DNA from: the human T2T-CHM13v2.0 reference genome, Homo sapiens
Assembly (NCBI RefSeq): GCF_009914755.1
Contig: NC_060929.1
DNA length: 64,000 nt
Reading direction: 5' to 3' (one strand)
Shown: positions 1 through 12,355 of the stretch, one piece after another
How positions within the stretch are numbered: position 1 is the first letter of the stretch
Layout: the number at the start of each line of letters is the position of its first letter
The notes under the pieces: model-generated
What the model was told of the DNA's origin: nothing
Database searches by the model: none
Seen by the model: only the letters and a program-made list of their open reading frames with translations
Program-made: the position numbers and the translations under genes

Positions 1-1105
1 TATTGACTGAACATTCCTTATTTCCAAAGTCATAGCCAACAACAAAAATCACATTGTGGTATCAGAGCCTCCATTCTTTCTCAAATACTCATGTGTTCTT
101 TTTGAGCAATGGCCATAAAAGAGTTTATAAAACAACAGCAACAACAACATGAAAGTCATGATAATGACAACTTGAATTTATAGTCTGAGTTTTAAAAATA
201 AGACAAAAACAATTTGATCATATGTAAAAATCTACATAACTCTCTCTAATTTGATTCAAACAAGTATTATTCATTGAGATCCTATTATGCCCCCACTACT
301 GTGCTAAGTTCTAAGAAATATGATAAAACTATATTAAATAATTTCTTTTCTCATAGAGTAACAGAAGCAAATATTGAATGTGTGAGATAATTAGAGAACA
401 ACCAAGGGAAAATAATCTGAGCCATGTTGCTGCCATTAAACCTGATAGGTAGTCAACAATAGAAAGATCAGAGAAGGTTAACAGGTAGAAAAGTATTAAT
501 TCAAGACAAAGTCATCAAAATAGTCCTTGATGCCTGGAAAAGGTCTGGGAGGTTTCTGTTCTAGTGCTAATGTAGATGACTTTGATCTGAAAGGGGATAA
601 ATCTAAATACAACTTTTCCCAAGGAGAGTTTAGAAAATGGCCAAATGGAAAGGACTACTCAGAACTCATCACCTTGATAGATTAAAGCTGCTCCAGGTCT
701 GGAAAGCCTCCAGAGGAGCAGACTAAATCACGTAGAAAAGCTGAAGGGAAAGCCAGTGTGGGTGATTAGCCATGGCAAAGTACCAGATCCAGTTTATCAG
801 CCACCTTATCCTTGCTCTCTGCCTCCATTTGGAGGAGATGCTGTTAGGAAGAATGTAAGAGGCTAGGCTGAGGAAGGTAAAAAAAAATCTGGTTGTGAGA
901 AGTAAGCAATATATGAGAAGTCTGGGTGGATATATACCATTTAAAACAACTTCTTCACTACTCTTACAGACATTAAGAAGTCTAAAATGGAATGACTTCC
1001 TTCCTCCATAGTCTTCCAAATCTGGTCATCTTTCTATGTTGCTGATTTTATTCAATGCCACTTTCATTACTCTAGCCACTTTGAAAGGAAATTTCCCTCT
1101 TCACT

Positions 1106-1682
1106 TGTGGGAGGGAAGAAACATTTCTTTCATTAACTGTGTTCAGTGACTGGGACCTGTGAATTAAACTGACAAAAGATAGATTAACAGGAGAAAAAGT
1201 TTATTTACACTTGCAATGTACATACATACTGGAGTGCTCAGTGATGAATAACTCAAAGGTGTGGTTAGAGCTTGGAGCTTATATACCTAATTTAGTCAGT
1301 AGGGGAAAGGTAGGGAAGAGAAATGGCTCCTATGGGAAGAAAAATAGGTTTCTTTAGGAAAGACAAATGAGTTCTTTAGAAGAACAAATAGGAGATAAGA
1401 AAGTTTGAGCATAAAGTTTATACATGTATGAGTGTTCTTTCCATCTTCAGGGACATAAAAATTCCTCAAAGAGAAAGTTTATGCAGATTTACTCTTAGTC
1501 ACTCTTCTGGGGACAGACCAAACTCAAGAGTATTTATAACAGTCTTTATTTCTCAGAAATTTTTGCATATATTCAGATAAGGACAGCACCAAAAGACTTC
1601 TTTCTGTATCTGTTGAATCTCAAAAGTCTTCAGCTTAAAATAATCTTTATACCAACTCTGGCGTTCCAAGGACGCCCCCACA
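1106..1682 (-). mobile_element. ERV1 solo LTR, MER34-family-like
   Basis: TG...CA termini. The minus strand reads ...TAAAGATTATTTTAAGCTGAAGAC..., resembling MER34, and has an AATAAA near 1200. Similar to the element at 14256. Confidence 0.6.
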
Positions 1683-1949
1683 CCTGCATCTCTGCTTTCA
1701 GTCCATGGCCAAATCTTCTGCTAAAACTACGAGTTTCTGAAGAATTGTATTAATCATTTTTGTTCCCAGAATCTAGAGTAGTGCTGGTACATGGCTTATC
1801 CATTCATTAAATACTTTTGAATGAATTAGTAAATAAACAGAGTATTTTTTTCCTTATATTTGCAAAAGAGCAACAAACAAAAACCATGATACCTACTAGA
1901 GGCTAATTCCCTAACAAAGATACATCTTGAGTCCTGATCTGTCTCCTGA

Positions 1950-2210
1950 GATACCCACCTGTATTCTCAACTTTTTATGAGGCATTTCCACCAGAAGGTT
2001 TCATAGGCATCTCAAATTCAACATTTCCCACAAAGAACCCCATTGTCTTTCCTGCTCTTCATATATTTTCTAATTGAGTAAACAATGTTACCCAACTACC
2101 CAAGCTATATAAATGTTACTTGTCATTGACTCCCTCTTTCTCACCCCTTATCATCACCCCTTAGTGAATTATCATTTTAGAGGTAGAGTGAATCTACCTC
2201 TAACATATCT
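1950..2210 (+). mobile_element. L2 LINE fragment
   Basis: Degenerate L2-like text (catctcaaattcaacattt...cacccaactacccaagct...cattgactccctctttctc). Confidence 0.5.
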
Positions 2211-2214
2211 CTGG

Positions 2215-2785
2215 AATGAGCATAGAAGTTTCCTCAAAAATTAAAAATAAAATTATTATATGATCCAGCAATTCCATTTCTGAGTATATGTCCAAAAGAA
2301 TTGAAAACTGAATCTTAAAGAAATATTTGCACACCCATGTTCAATGCACTCATAACAGCCAAGAGGCAAGAGAAACCTGAATGTCCATCAACAGATAAAT
2401 GGATAAAGAAAATGTGGTGTGTACATATGATGGAATATTACACAGCTTTTAAATAAAGGGAAATTTTGTCACATGCTGCAACCTAGAGGATATTATGCTA
2501 AGCAAAATAAGCCGGTCACAGAAGGACAAATACTGTACGATTCCACATATATGAAGTATCGAATTTAATCTAAATCATATAGAAAAGTGGTTACCAAGAG
2601 CTGGGGAAAGGAGAAAGGGGAAATTCGTGTTTTTTAGTGGGCACAGAGTTTCAGTATTGCAAGATGAAAAAAATCCTAGAGATCTTTTGCACAACAGTGT
2701 GAATACATAACAAATTAATTGTACACTTAAAAATAGTTAAGATGGTACATTTAGTAAGGTATGTTTTTTACTACAAGGTTTTTAT
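2215..2785 (+). mobile_element. L1M (L1MA/L1MB-type) ORF2 end and 3' UTR
   Basis: Typical L1 text: tgatccagcaattccatttctgagtatatgtccaaaagaattgaaa, aatgtccatcaacagataaatggataaagaaaatgtgg, gtacacttaaaaatagttaagatggta. Confidence 0.85.
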
Positions 2786-2991
2786 TTAACGGCAGCAGGG
2801 CTTATAAATTAGCCTGAAGACATCTCATTGAGCCTGTTCTATTCTTGTTGAGCTAAATAACAGCTACTAAAGAAGTAATCAGTTATAGATTGATCCAGAT
2901 AAAGTCAGCCTATTTTAGATGGCTGATGTTTAAGGATGCCACCTAAAATAGGCTGACTAAATGAACACCATTTTTTTCATTCTTGCCCCAG

Positions 2992-3602
2992 TGGGGCATT
3001 GCCAGCCAGGGGTCCCTGCAATGTCACTTTGCAAGCCAGGGACCCCTGACTGACAACGCCCCACTGGGGCCTCACTCAGCCATCCTGACATACCCCAGCT
3101 CACCTGTGTTATAGCTTATACCTGCGTTCTGCTGTTCCCGAGCTCTTGTACTGTGCCCAAGAAGAATGAGGATGCACAGGACATTGGAGGGTGAGGAGGG
3201 TGGAGAATAATTTTATTGAGTGATGAAAATAGCTTTCAGTGGAGAGGGGACAGGGTGATGGCTCCCCCATGTGGCTGGGTCTGGAGCCTTTTATGGACTC
3301 AGAATGGGGAGTGCATGCTGATTGGTCTGTGAGTATGCAAAAAAGTTTAAAGCAAAGACACCACTTAAAGGTGAGCAAGAAAGTGTACAAAAACCAGTTA
3401 GGAAAGAGTAGGTATATGTAAAATAGGTGAAGGGTGGGGACCAATCAGAGGAAAACATGCCAAATGGGAAGACAAGTTCCCAATCTGGTCAGAGGATTTA
3501 ACTTGCAGCTTGGCTTTCAGGCTTTAAACTGTCTTCGGCTTGAAGGTGGGGTTTTGCCATGGGCCCACCCCTATCTGCCTAGGCATTTGTCTGTCTCTAT
3601 CA
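2992..3602 (-). mobile_element. ERV1 solo LTR, LTR9-like (HUERS-P3)
   Basis: The minus strand starts TGATAGAGACAGACAAATGCCTAGGCAGATAGGGG...GCCGAAGACAGTTTAAAGCCTGAAAGCCAAGC, matching my recall of LTR9. The left boundary is approximate. Confidence 0.7.
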
Positions 3603-4873
3603 ATGTCAGAATGAAGACTGGGAGACCTGCTGCTCCTTCCATTGGTAAGAGGACAGTAACAGTGTTTTTTCACTCCTACAGCTTCTATTTATCTCTATAT
3701 TGGTTTTGTTTTGGAAGGGTAAGAACTGGTTTTCTTTTTATTTTTTCTACAGTGAAAATATTTTTAAAAATTTTTAATATAAATGACTCATGTAAAAACA
3801 CTCAAATGATTCCATTTAATTTTTATCCTGATGACATAATCAGAAACCTTCTGGACCAGTCATTTTGCTTCCTTCCATCGTTTCTTATGAACAATATATA
3901 CTAGCTTTCACCCTCATTCCTCCTAAGAAAGCAATTACACAAAGCTAGTATTACAAGAAAGCAATGTGAAGTATAGCTATTTTAAAAAACAAGGAAATTT
4001 TTGGGGGGGTGATGTGGGAATTACCTAGCAAATTTTGATGAACCCTAGGGACGCTGCTGGTCAACTAGACCCAGCAAAACAAAATACACTCTTCAATTAC
4101 ATCTATGTGTCTTGGCTTCAAGGAAAAGAGAATGGGTTTTGGTAATTGCAGTGTTTTGCTTTGGTTTTTTGTTTGTTTGAGATTTTTTGTTTGTGTTTGG
4201 TTTTTTGTTTTTTTACAAATTTGTAACATTTTTGAGATTGTTTTCTAAAACAAAAGCAGACCCAAAAAACCCACTAGATTTTTGTTCTCAGTTCCAGGGA
4301 AAAAGTCAGCCTACCCTCAATTTGAACCTGTATCCATGGGGTCATAATTAAATGCCTCAGAAGAACTTAAAATCATCAGAAAACATCTAATCCTATTGTG
4401 ACATGTCCAGCTACACATACTAGAATGTGGCTGGGCAGCAGTTTGACATTTTTGAAATGGCATCCGTAAAGGATAGGAAGGAAGTGCTGAGTAAGCACCA
4501 GGAGGAAAGTAATAAGGAAGGAGATTATTTTCTTTTCATCATATACCTGGGTCCAGGTGCTCAAAAACTATACACAGAATGAACTTGAAATTGTAACTGG
4601 AAGAATTCAACAAGGTCTCTAAAACATCCTGGAGACATGTAGGATGCTGCTTTGACCAGATGGAAGGAGCTAGGAGGAGGAAGTTAATTACATTTGTGGG
4701 CAGTGGCTGAGGCTTTATTGTAGTGGTAACGTATGAGAGAAGTCTTGAAAGAAAGAGAAGGATTTTGAGGGGCAGGGAAGTGAGGAAAAGACCTAAGGAT
4801 GCAGGATGAGACATTTACAGCTGCAAAGATGGACTGGGTTTCCAGTTTGTTTGCCAGACAAGGAGAAGATAAT

Positions 4874-5233
4874 TGATATGGTTTGGCTGCGTCCCTGCCC
4901 AATCTCATCTTGAAATGTAGCTCCCATAATTCCCATGTGTTGTGGGGGGGACCCAGTGGGATATGACTGAATCATGGAGGCAGTTTCCCACATAGTGTTT
5001 TCATGGTAGTGAATAAGTCTCACAAGATCTGATGGTTTTATAAGAGGTTTCCCCTTTTGCTTGGCTCTCATTTGCTCTTGCCTGCCCTGTGTAAGACGTA
5101 ACTTTCGCCTTCCATCATGATTGTGAGGCGTCTCCAGCCATATGGAACTGTGAGTTCACTAAACCTCTTTTTGTTTATAAATTACCCATTCTTGGATATG
5201 TCTTTATCAGCAACGTGAGAATGGACTAATACA
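4874..5233 (+). mobile_element. THE1 (ERVL-MaLR) solo LTR
   Basis: TGATATGGTTTGGCTG...GGACTAATACA termini. Perfect 5-bp TSD ATAAT at 4869-4873 and 5234-5238. Confidence 0.95.
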
Positions 5234-5491
5234 ATAATGCAGGGGTTTGTGTATGAGGGAAACACTCAGACTCCTCATATTTTTAGACCAATAATACAAC
5301 ACAACAACAAACAGCATAGAGGATGATCTGGAGAGGGAGTGGAAAAAATGGGTTATAAAGTTAATGCAGTGAACTGTGGCAGAGACCAAAGGGACAGAAA
5401 GGAGGATGGCATGATCTATACCTTCTAAAGTGTTCCATAACACAGATTAATTCTGTTTATATGAAGCTAAACAAAATTTTCTTCTGTTAAC

Positions 5492-5540
5492 TAAAAAAAA
5501 AAAAAAAAAGAGAGAGAGAGAGAAAGAAAAGGAAAAGCTT
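5492..5540 (+). repeat. A-rich/(GA)n simple repeat
   Basis: An A run followed by (GA)n and GAAA units. Confidence 0.85.
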
Positions 5541-6109
5541 TTATATGCTATAACTTGATTGCTTATAGAAGTTGCAACGTAAAAACAGAAAATAAACGTA
5601 TGCAGACCCCAAAGTAGGAACAAGCACTTTTTTCACCTTGGAGCAATTGCTGCCCCTGTCCACTGCCAACTCCCTGCCCGACCACCCACTTCTCAAATGA
5701 CACCTTTTGTTTCTGGACCTGCCCCCACTGCCATGCATGGAACAGAAACCAGGGAAATTCTTTCCCCACAAGAGCAGGAGGGACCAGAGGAGGTCACATT
5801 TAACACCACATTGCAGGAACAGAATTTACCCCTACGTTGCAAGAACAGAAAACAATGTCACTGGCGTGCTGAATTTTAACTCAAAATATATTTATTTCCC
5901 TCCTCCACTCCCACTCCTCAAAGAACCAGTGGGATATATATTAGTTCTGTTCTAGATTACTACTTATGGACTATTTCATTGCTTTATAAAAGTCGTTAGG
6001 CTCTCTTTCTAGCGTGTTGAAAGGGTTAATAGGGGTTGCTTCAATGGCTAGAAAAAGGTATGCAATTCAAATAACTGCTTTCCAAAAGAACTTCTAACAT
6101 GTACCCGGT

Positions 6110-6345
6110 GTATATGGTGGTGGTAATACCACAGGCTTTCTGGGTCAGGCCCACTTTGCCACTTCTCCATTTAAGCCCGTTACTTAACCTCTCTGTGCTG
6201 TTTCCTCCTGGGTAAGTGAGGGTGATGGCAGTACCTCCCCCAAAAGGTTATTAGGAAAATTAAGCAGGTTAATACTGTATATGTAAAACACATGAAACAA
6301 TGTCTGGTGCAGAGTTAAGTGCTTAATAAGCATTAGTGATGACCA
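6110..6345 (+). mobile_element. MIR SINE
   Basis: MIR core ttacttaacctctctgtgc...tttcctc and 3' end taagtgcttaataagcattag. Confidence 0.75.
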
Positions 6346-6837
6346 TGATGCAGCAAAATTCATTTCTTTTTTCCAAAATGAAAAGAAGAATGAGGTAAGA
6401 GAAACTCTTAGCAGGGTGGTGGTGCTAATGCTGTAGACACAGGATCCTAGGAGGTAAGGGGGAAAGAGAATCACCACTGCATTCACAGACAGCCCTCGTG
6501 GTCTCAAAATGGGGCAGCCCTTGGGCAGGGACACCGGGTGGACGATTTGGTACCACAGATGTACAAGACTCCATGATGCGTAAACTATAGATTGGTGTTT
6601 TCACTGGGGGACAAACCTAACACTCCACATACAGGCATACCACAAAGACCTTCCTTCCCAGCAGAAAGAATATATGTGAGATATTCCAGGTTGCTTAAAT
6701 GGGAGAGTTAAGAGAAAGAACAATTCTCCAAATTAATGGCCAATCTTCCCATGGAGCTAGGAGACAAAGAGCCATTCGCCTGCCTCACTTATGTTAAGAT
6801 GAGGCATCCACCTTGTAACTCATGAGTCTCCCAGTTG

Positions 6838-7514
6838 TGTAACCACCCCATGGGTTCTTCTTGCCTGCTGCCCAGGTAAAGCCAATTTATCAAGACACGG
6901 GGGGTTGCAATAGAGGAAGAGCTGGCTAAACAGGTGACAGGTTTTATTATTACTCAAATCAGCCTCCCCAGAGGCCAGAGGTTTTTAAAGATAGTTTGGT
7001 GGGCAGGGGGCAAGGGAAGGGAGACAGCTGATTGGTTGGGTCTGGGATAAAATCATAGGGAGTTGAAGCTGTCCTCTGGCATTGAGTGAGTTTCTGGGTG
7101 GGGGGCCACAAGACCAAATGAGCCTGTTTACCAGACTGGGAAAAATACCTCAAACACCAATCTTAGGTTTGACAATAGTAATGTTGTCTATAGGAACAAC
7201 TTAGGAGGTTACTGATCTTGTGGCATCTGGCTGCTTGACTCCTGAACCATAATTTCTAATCTTGTGGATAATTTGTTAGTTTCACAAAGGAGGTCTTGTC
7301 CCCAGGCAAGGAAGGGTTTTGTTTTGGGGCAGGCTGTTATCTTTGTTTCAAAGTTAAACTATAAACTAAATTCCTCCCAAAGTTAGCTCTGCCTACGCCC
7401 AGGAATAAACAAGGGCAGCTTGAAGGTTAAAAGCAAGATGGAGTTGGTTAGGTCAAAACTCTTTCAGTGTCATAATTTTCTCACTGTTAAACAAGTTTTG
7501 CAAAGGTGGTTTTA
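6838..7514 (-). mobile_element. ERV1 solo LTR, LTR8-family
   Basis: The minus strand starts ...AAACCACCTTTGCAAAA...ACTCCATCTTGCTTTTAACCTTCAAGCTG and ends ...GTGGTTACA. Near-TSD GTTG/CTTG. Confidence 0.8.
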
Positions 7515-7816
7515 CTTGGAGCCTACTCTCAGTGAAAACTGAAAATGTTTTCCATACCCCAGCAATCTTTAGTGCAATGTTTCCTAAATAATTAATAAAA
7601 TTAACTTTCTGAAAGGTAGAGGATAACAATTATAGAAATATTGAAGCTGCTTGTATAGAAGCACATAGAATCTTCTAACTAGAAGGAAACTGAGTAATCC
7701 TTTTTGTGTGCGTGTGGACTAAAGTAATTTTTTTAGCAGAGCCCTTTATTTCAAACAAAATTCTTCTTGGAATCTTACACATAAAACAGATTTTAAAAAG
7801 AACTAGTGTGGCGCAG

Positions 7817-8010
7817 CAGTGCTGTACGAAGGTAGGGGTCGGCGGGATCAATCCACCTGAATTATCTGCCCAGGTCATAGGCAATAGGGGAGTGCATTAT
7901 TTGTAGAGAATTGAAAAAAAAAGAAAAAGCCAAGCAAGAATGAGTCTGATTTGTATTACCACCATGCACTCAGTTTTAAATGGTGTCAGTGGTAGAATAT
8001 TCCCCTCCAC
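7817..8010 (+). mobile_element. hAT-Tip100 DNA transposon fragment (Arthur1-like)
   Basis: cagtgctgtacgaagg...ggcaataggggagtgcattatttgtagagaatt...attaccaccatgcac resembles the Arthur1 5' end as I recall it. Confidence 0.5.
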
Positions 8011-8071
8011 CAGGGTAGACCAGTTGGTAGTTATGGGGTAGAGTAAATGTGAAGTGGGGCAAGTGTGTGAT

Positions 8072-8444
8072 TATAACCACCCAATGGGTTCATCTTGCCC
8101 ACTGCTTAGATAGAGCTGATTTACCAAGATAGGGGAATTCCAACAGAGAAAGAGTAATTCACACAGAACTGGCTGTGCAGGAGACAGGAGTTTTATTATT
8201 ACTCAAATCAGTCTTCCTCAGCATTCGAGGATCAGAGTTTTTAAGGACAACTTGGTGGGTAGAGGTGAAGCCAGTGAGCTGGGAGTGCTGATTGGTCAGG
8301 TGAGAGATGAAATCATAGGGAGTTGAAGCTGTCTTCTTGCACTGAATCAGTTCCTGGGTGGGGGCCACAAGATCAGATGAGCCAGTTTATCAATATGGGT
8401 GGTGCCAACTGATCCATCAAGTGCAGGGTTTGCAAAATATCTCA
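8072..8444 (-). mobile_element. Partial LTR8/LTR8A LTR (3' half only)
   Basis: Directly homologous to 6838-7150 (ttttattattactcaaatcag, aaatcatagggagttgaagctgtc). Truncated at about 8444. Confidence 0.8.
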
Positions 8445-8661
8445 TGCTGTGTGTTTCATGATCTGCCAGTTTATCTCCCAACCATGGTCCCCAGGGGGTC
8501 CATGGAATGTATTTTGAAAACCACCAATCTAGCCCACTCTGCTCACCTTTGAAACCTAGAAAAGTTAAGTGACTTCCAATGTCACCAAGGTAAAGCAACT
8601 CATACAAGTAAAATTAGAATCCAGGCTCCATGCTTTCTGTGTGTCTACTTCCCAAAGCTAC

Positions 8662-9500
8662 TGTAGGGACCAAGGGAAAACTTCCCCTTTGCCCTCTTGC
8701 AGGTTCACTGAAAACCATCTGACAAAAGGCAGATTCATAGGAGAAAAGAGTCATAAAAAATGTCTTTAATGTGCACATGTAGGAGTCATACAAAATATGA
8801 AAACTTGGCTGGGCATGTTGGCTCACACCTGTAATCCAAATACTTTGGGAGGTTGAAGTGGGAGGACTGCTTGAGCCCAGGAGTTTGAGACCAGCCTGGG
8901 CAACATAGTGAGACCCCATATCTAAACAATAAATAAATGAGCTGGGAAGGGTGGCACACACCTGTAGTCCCAGTTACTCAGGAGGCTGAGGTGGGAGAAT
9001 CCCTTGAGCCTGGGAGGTTGAGGCTTCAGTGAGTCATGTCATGCCTCTGAACTCTAGCCTGGACAAGAGAGCAAGACCCTGTCTCTGAAAAAAAAATTAA
9101 AAGAAATATGAAAACTTAAGGAAAGGGCCTGACGATTGATGCTTTTATACCATCTTGAAGTTACAGAAAGAATAGAGGCTCAGAGCATGGCAAGACAGGT
9201 TATGGGAGGGAGAGAAAAGAAGATAAGGTAAGCAAGGGTGATCTTGTTATGCAGATGAAAGTCACAGGTAACACATACCAGAAAGAAGAGACGCAGCCTG
9301 TGGTTAAGTCTAGATCCGGACAGGCCCTCCGACAAAGCCTGGATGTTTATTTTGCTAATGTAGATTTTTCTTTACAGATGCAAATCTCCTCCACAAAAGG
9401 CAGGTTTTCAGGGTTATTCCAGTTTGAAACCCTCTGGAAAAACATCTCAAAAGATGTCAATGAAGTATATTTTAGGTTGAAATATTTTTGGTTTCCCTTA
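8662..9500 (-). mobile_element. ERV1 solo LTR, MER39-like, interrupted by an Alu
   Basis: The minus strand starts AAGGGAAACCAAAAATATTTCAACCTAAAATATACTTC...GGAGATTTGCATCTGTAAAG. Near-TSD CTAC/CCAC. Confidence 0.6.
8807..9103 (+). mobile_element. AluJ
   Basis: Dimeric Alu with J-type diagnostics (ggaggactgcttgagcccagg). TSD AAATATGAAAACTT at 8793-8806 and 9104-9117. Confidence 0.95.
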
Positions 9501-9642
9501 CCACCACCTTGTTTCTCAGTCTCCCTGCTTGATTCCCTAGTGTTAAGGGTTGAGTTGTGTCCCCTAAGATTTGAAGCCATTGTCACGGAGTTAACAAGAA
9601 TTACAGACAGAAATATAGTTTATAATTAAGCATTAATCAGGC

Positions 9643-10214
9643 TGAGAGAAGAAAAAGGAAGAAACCAGTCAGGCAGGCAGTTAGGGTGAGTCCTCAGTTG
9701 AATTCTTTCAAACAAAACAACAGCCTGAAAAATTGAGCTGCAGACACAGATAAGGAAATTTGCACAGGGGGCCTTGGCTAAGATATGCCCCCAGCCACAC
9801 AGAAAAGAAAGGCTACACAGATGCCCACATATGCCCACAATGGAAAATTCCATCCCCTGACACATGGCCAGTAAGGGGAACAAAGCAATATGGAGTAACT
9901 CAAGATAAGGGCCTGCATGCGCACTGGGAGGACTGAGTGGAGCTACCAGAAATTTGCAACTTATGCAAATGAGACATGCAACCCTCATCAGTTTCTTATA
10001 AAAGCCTTTTCATTCAACTGTAAAAATGGCAACCTCTTTCAAGCCCCCTCTTCGCAGTGGAGAGCTTTCTTCTTTTGCTTATTAAACTTTCACTCCAACC
10101 TCACTCTTGGTGTCTGCACTCCTTAATTTTCTTTATCATGAGACAAAGAACTTTGGGTGATACCTTGAGCGGTGAGAGACTACTGCACTGTGGTGCATTG
10201 GCAAGATTGCAATA
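9643..10214 (+). mobile_element. MER61-family ERV1 solo LTR
   Basis: Starts TGAGAGAAGAAAAAGGAAGAAACCAGTCAGGCAGGCAGTTAGGGTG and has an ATTAAA polyA signal. Flanked by duplicated (A)GGC. Confidence 0.8.
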
Positions 10215-10225
10215 GGCTGCACTGT

Positions 10226-10901
10226 TGTTACTGGCAGCAAATCCATACGGATCTGCAGTAACCTCAATTCTTGCCTCCTCAGAAGAAAGAATTCACCAAG
10301 AAGAGACCAAGGCAAGTTTTAGAGCAGGAGTGAAAGTTTATTAAAAAGCTTTAGAGCAGGAAGGAAAGTACACTTGTAAGCAGGCAACTTGAGAGATCAA
10401 TGTGCCATTTGACTTTTGACTTGGAGTTTTATGAGTTGGCATGCTTCCAGGGTCTCACATCCTTTGTCCCCTGATTATTCCCTTTGGGTAGGCTGTTTGC
10501 ATGCACAGTGGCCTGCTAGCACTTAGGAGGTGAGTATGTGTAGTGTTTACTAGAGCCGTATGTGTGCTCACTCAAGGCATTCTTCCCTTACCAGTCAAAC
10601 GTCCCTAGAAGGTCATATGCCAGTTAAACTCCACTATTTTGCCTCTTAATGTACATGTTTGAGCCAATTCACTCAATTCCTGAGATCTTATCAGGAAGCT
10701 GCTGATCACTAGTTTCAAGTTTTTCTATCTATTGGGGGACTGCCCTTCCCTGGGGCCAACTGCACCCGATTATTATCTTAGACAGACAGCTTAACAACTG
10801 CCTGACCATCATCTGATGGTCACCTGACATTCCTGGTGGGTGTACGGTGGGGGAAGCCCTCTGCTGCTCTGTTTATGTCTGACCAGCTACCTACTATAAC
10901 A
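10226..10901 (-). mobile_element. MER50 ERV1 solo LTR
   Basis: The minus strand starts TGTTATAGTAGGTAGCTGGTCAGACAT...CCAGGAATGTCAGGTGACCATCAG. Perfect TSD CTGT (10222-10225, 10902-10905). Confidence 0.85.
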
Positions 10902-11688
10902 CTGTGGCCCACTTCCTTATAACCAAAAGTGATATAGCACTAGACACTGACCATTTGCATCCACACTGTTTCTATAGATAGGACTTCTGATGTTAGAATC
11001 ACAAGGCTTTTGCTTAAGAATTGCTTAAGCAGAACCTGAATTCAAGCAGAACAGATGACACAAACCACTTTAAAGACCCCCACAGAGGGACCAAATCAAT
11101 GTGAGAATATAGTTTCTTCATCTCCCTGTCCCATAACTTCACCCAGCTCTCCTCCACCAATCAACAATCTCCACACTTTAGCCCACTCCAAAACTCTTTA
11201 AAGCTCTAACCCCACACTCCCCAGGGAGATGGATTTGAGGCTTCCTCCTGTCTCATCTCCTCATTTAACAGCCTTATGATTGAACATCTTTCTCTGCTGC
11301 AACCCCATATTTTGGCATATTGACTTGTTGAGTGTACTAGGCAATGAATCTGTTACATTTACAAATGTATATGTTGAAGTCCTAAGTCCCTGTACCTCAG
11401 AATGTGACCTTATTTGGAAATAGGTCACAAATGTAAGATTGCAAATGTAAGTAGTTAAGGTGAGGTCATTAGGACAGGCTCCGATCCAATATGACAAGTG
11501 TCCTTACATAAAAAGGAAATTGGAGGGCAGATGCACACAGGGAGAATGTCATGTGAATATCAAGGTAGAGATCAGGTGATGCAGCTACAAGCTGAAGAAT
11601 ATCGAAGATGGGCCAAAAACCAACAGAAGCTGGGGAAGAGACCTAGGGCACATTCTCCTTCAGTGTCCTCAGAAGGAACCAACCCTGT

Positions 11689-12355
11689 TGAAACCACCTT
11701 TGCAAAATTACGACAGTAAGAGAAATCAGATATAGCTGACTCCATTTTGTCTGTAGCTTCACAGATTGGCTGCATTTGCTCATTCCTGGGTATGGGCCAA
11801 GCTAATTTTAGGAATTTAGTTTATAGTTTAAGTGATAATAGCCCTTGCCAAAAACTAAATTGTTCTTGTAAAACTAATGAAAGGCCCACCAAGTTAGGAA
11901 GAGAGGGGCTTGAATTCTAAACAATTACCAGCCATTATTCTGGAGGTCAAAAGATTTGCAACTTCCTCAATTACTCTTGAAAATAACCTCACTATTGTAG
12001 AACTTAAGATTGGCCTTTTGAGATGTCTTTTCAGGTTTTTGCATTTCTGACAACTGGATGGCCCCACCTGGACCCGCCAACCCATCCTATGATCCCTTGA
12101 AATGACTCAGCACAGGAGGACAGCTTTGATTTCCTATCATTTCTTCTCCAACCCAACCAATCAGCATGTCCCCATCTTACTCCCTTGCTCACCAAACTCT
12201 CTTTGTAAGCCCTCACCTCCAAGACTTCAGGGAGATTGATGTGATTATTAGCTCCATCTCATGTCAGTTAAACTATTTCTTTACTGCAATGTGATGGTCT
12301 TGGTGAATCAATTTTGTTTGTGCAGTGGGCAGGAAGAACCCATCAGGCAGTTACA
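11689..12355 (+). mobile_element. ERV1 solo LTR, LTR8/MER4-group
   Basis: TGAAACCACCTTTGCAAAATTA...GGCAGTTACA termini. Near-TSD CTGT/TTGT. Lies inside the MLT1. Confidence 0.75.

Larger units (their letters stand above)
9572..11363 (+). mobile_element. ERV1 MER4-group solo LTR (MER72/MER49-like), host of two further LTRs
   Basis: Pieces 9572-9642, ~10215-10225 and 10902-11363 join as ...CATTAATCAGGC|TGCACTGT|GGCCCACTTCC... The subfamily name is uncertain. Confidence 0.65.

Noticed and set aside
3434-3904. 156-aa ORF
   Set aside because: It runs from antisense LTR9 into T-rich flank and has no domain similarity I recognise.
4955-4980. DUX4 site in THE1
   Set aside because: It reads TGACTGAATCA, degenerate relative to the TAAYBBAATCA-type motif.
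9775-9840. p53 response elements known from MER61 LTRs
   Set aside because: The equivalent decamers read AGATATGCCC, ACAGATGCCC and ACATATGCCC, all lacking the core C of CWWG. The copy at 12516-13217 appears similarly decayed.
10800-10825. Short inverted repeats in MER50 (TGACCATCA..TGATGGTCA), LTR9 (~3007-3048) and Charlie1 (~20304-20326)
   Set aside because: As I recall them, these belong to the repeat consensus sequences and are not locus-specific.
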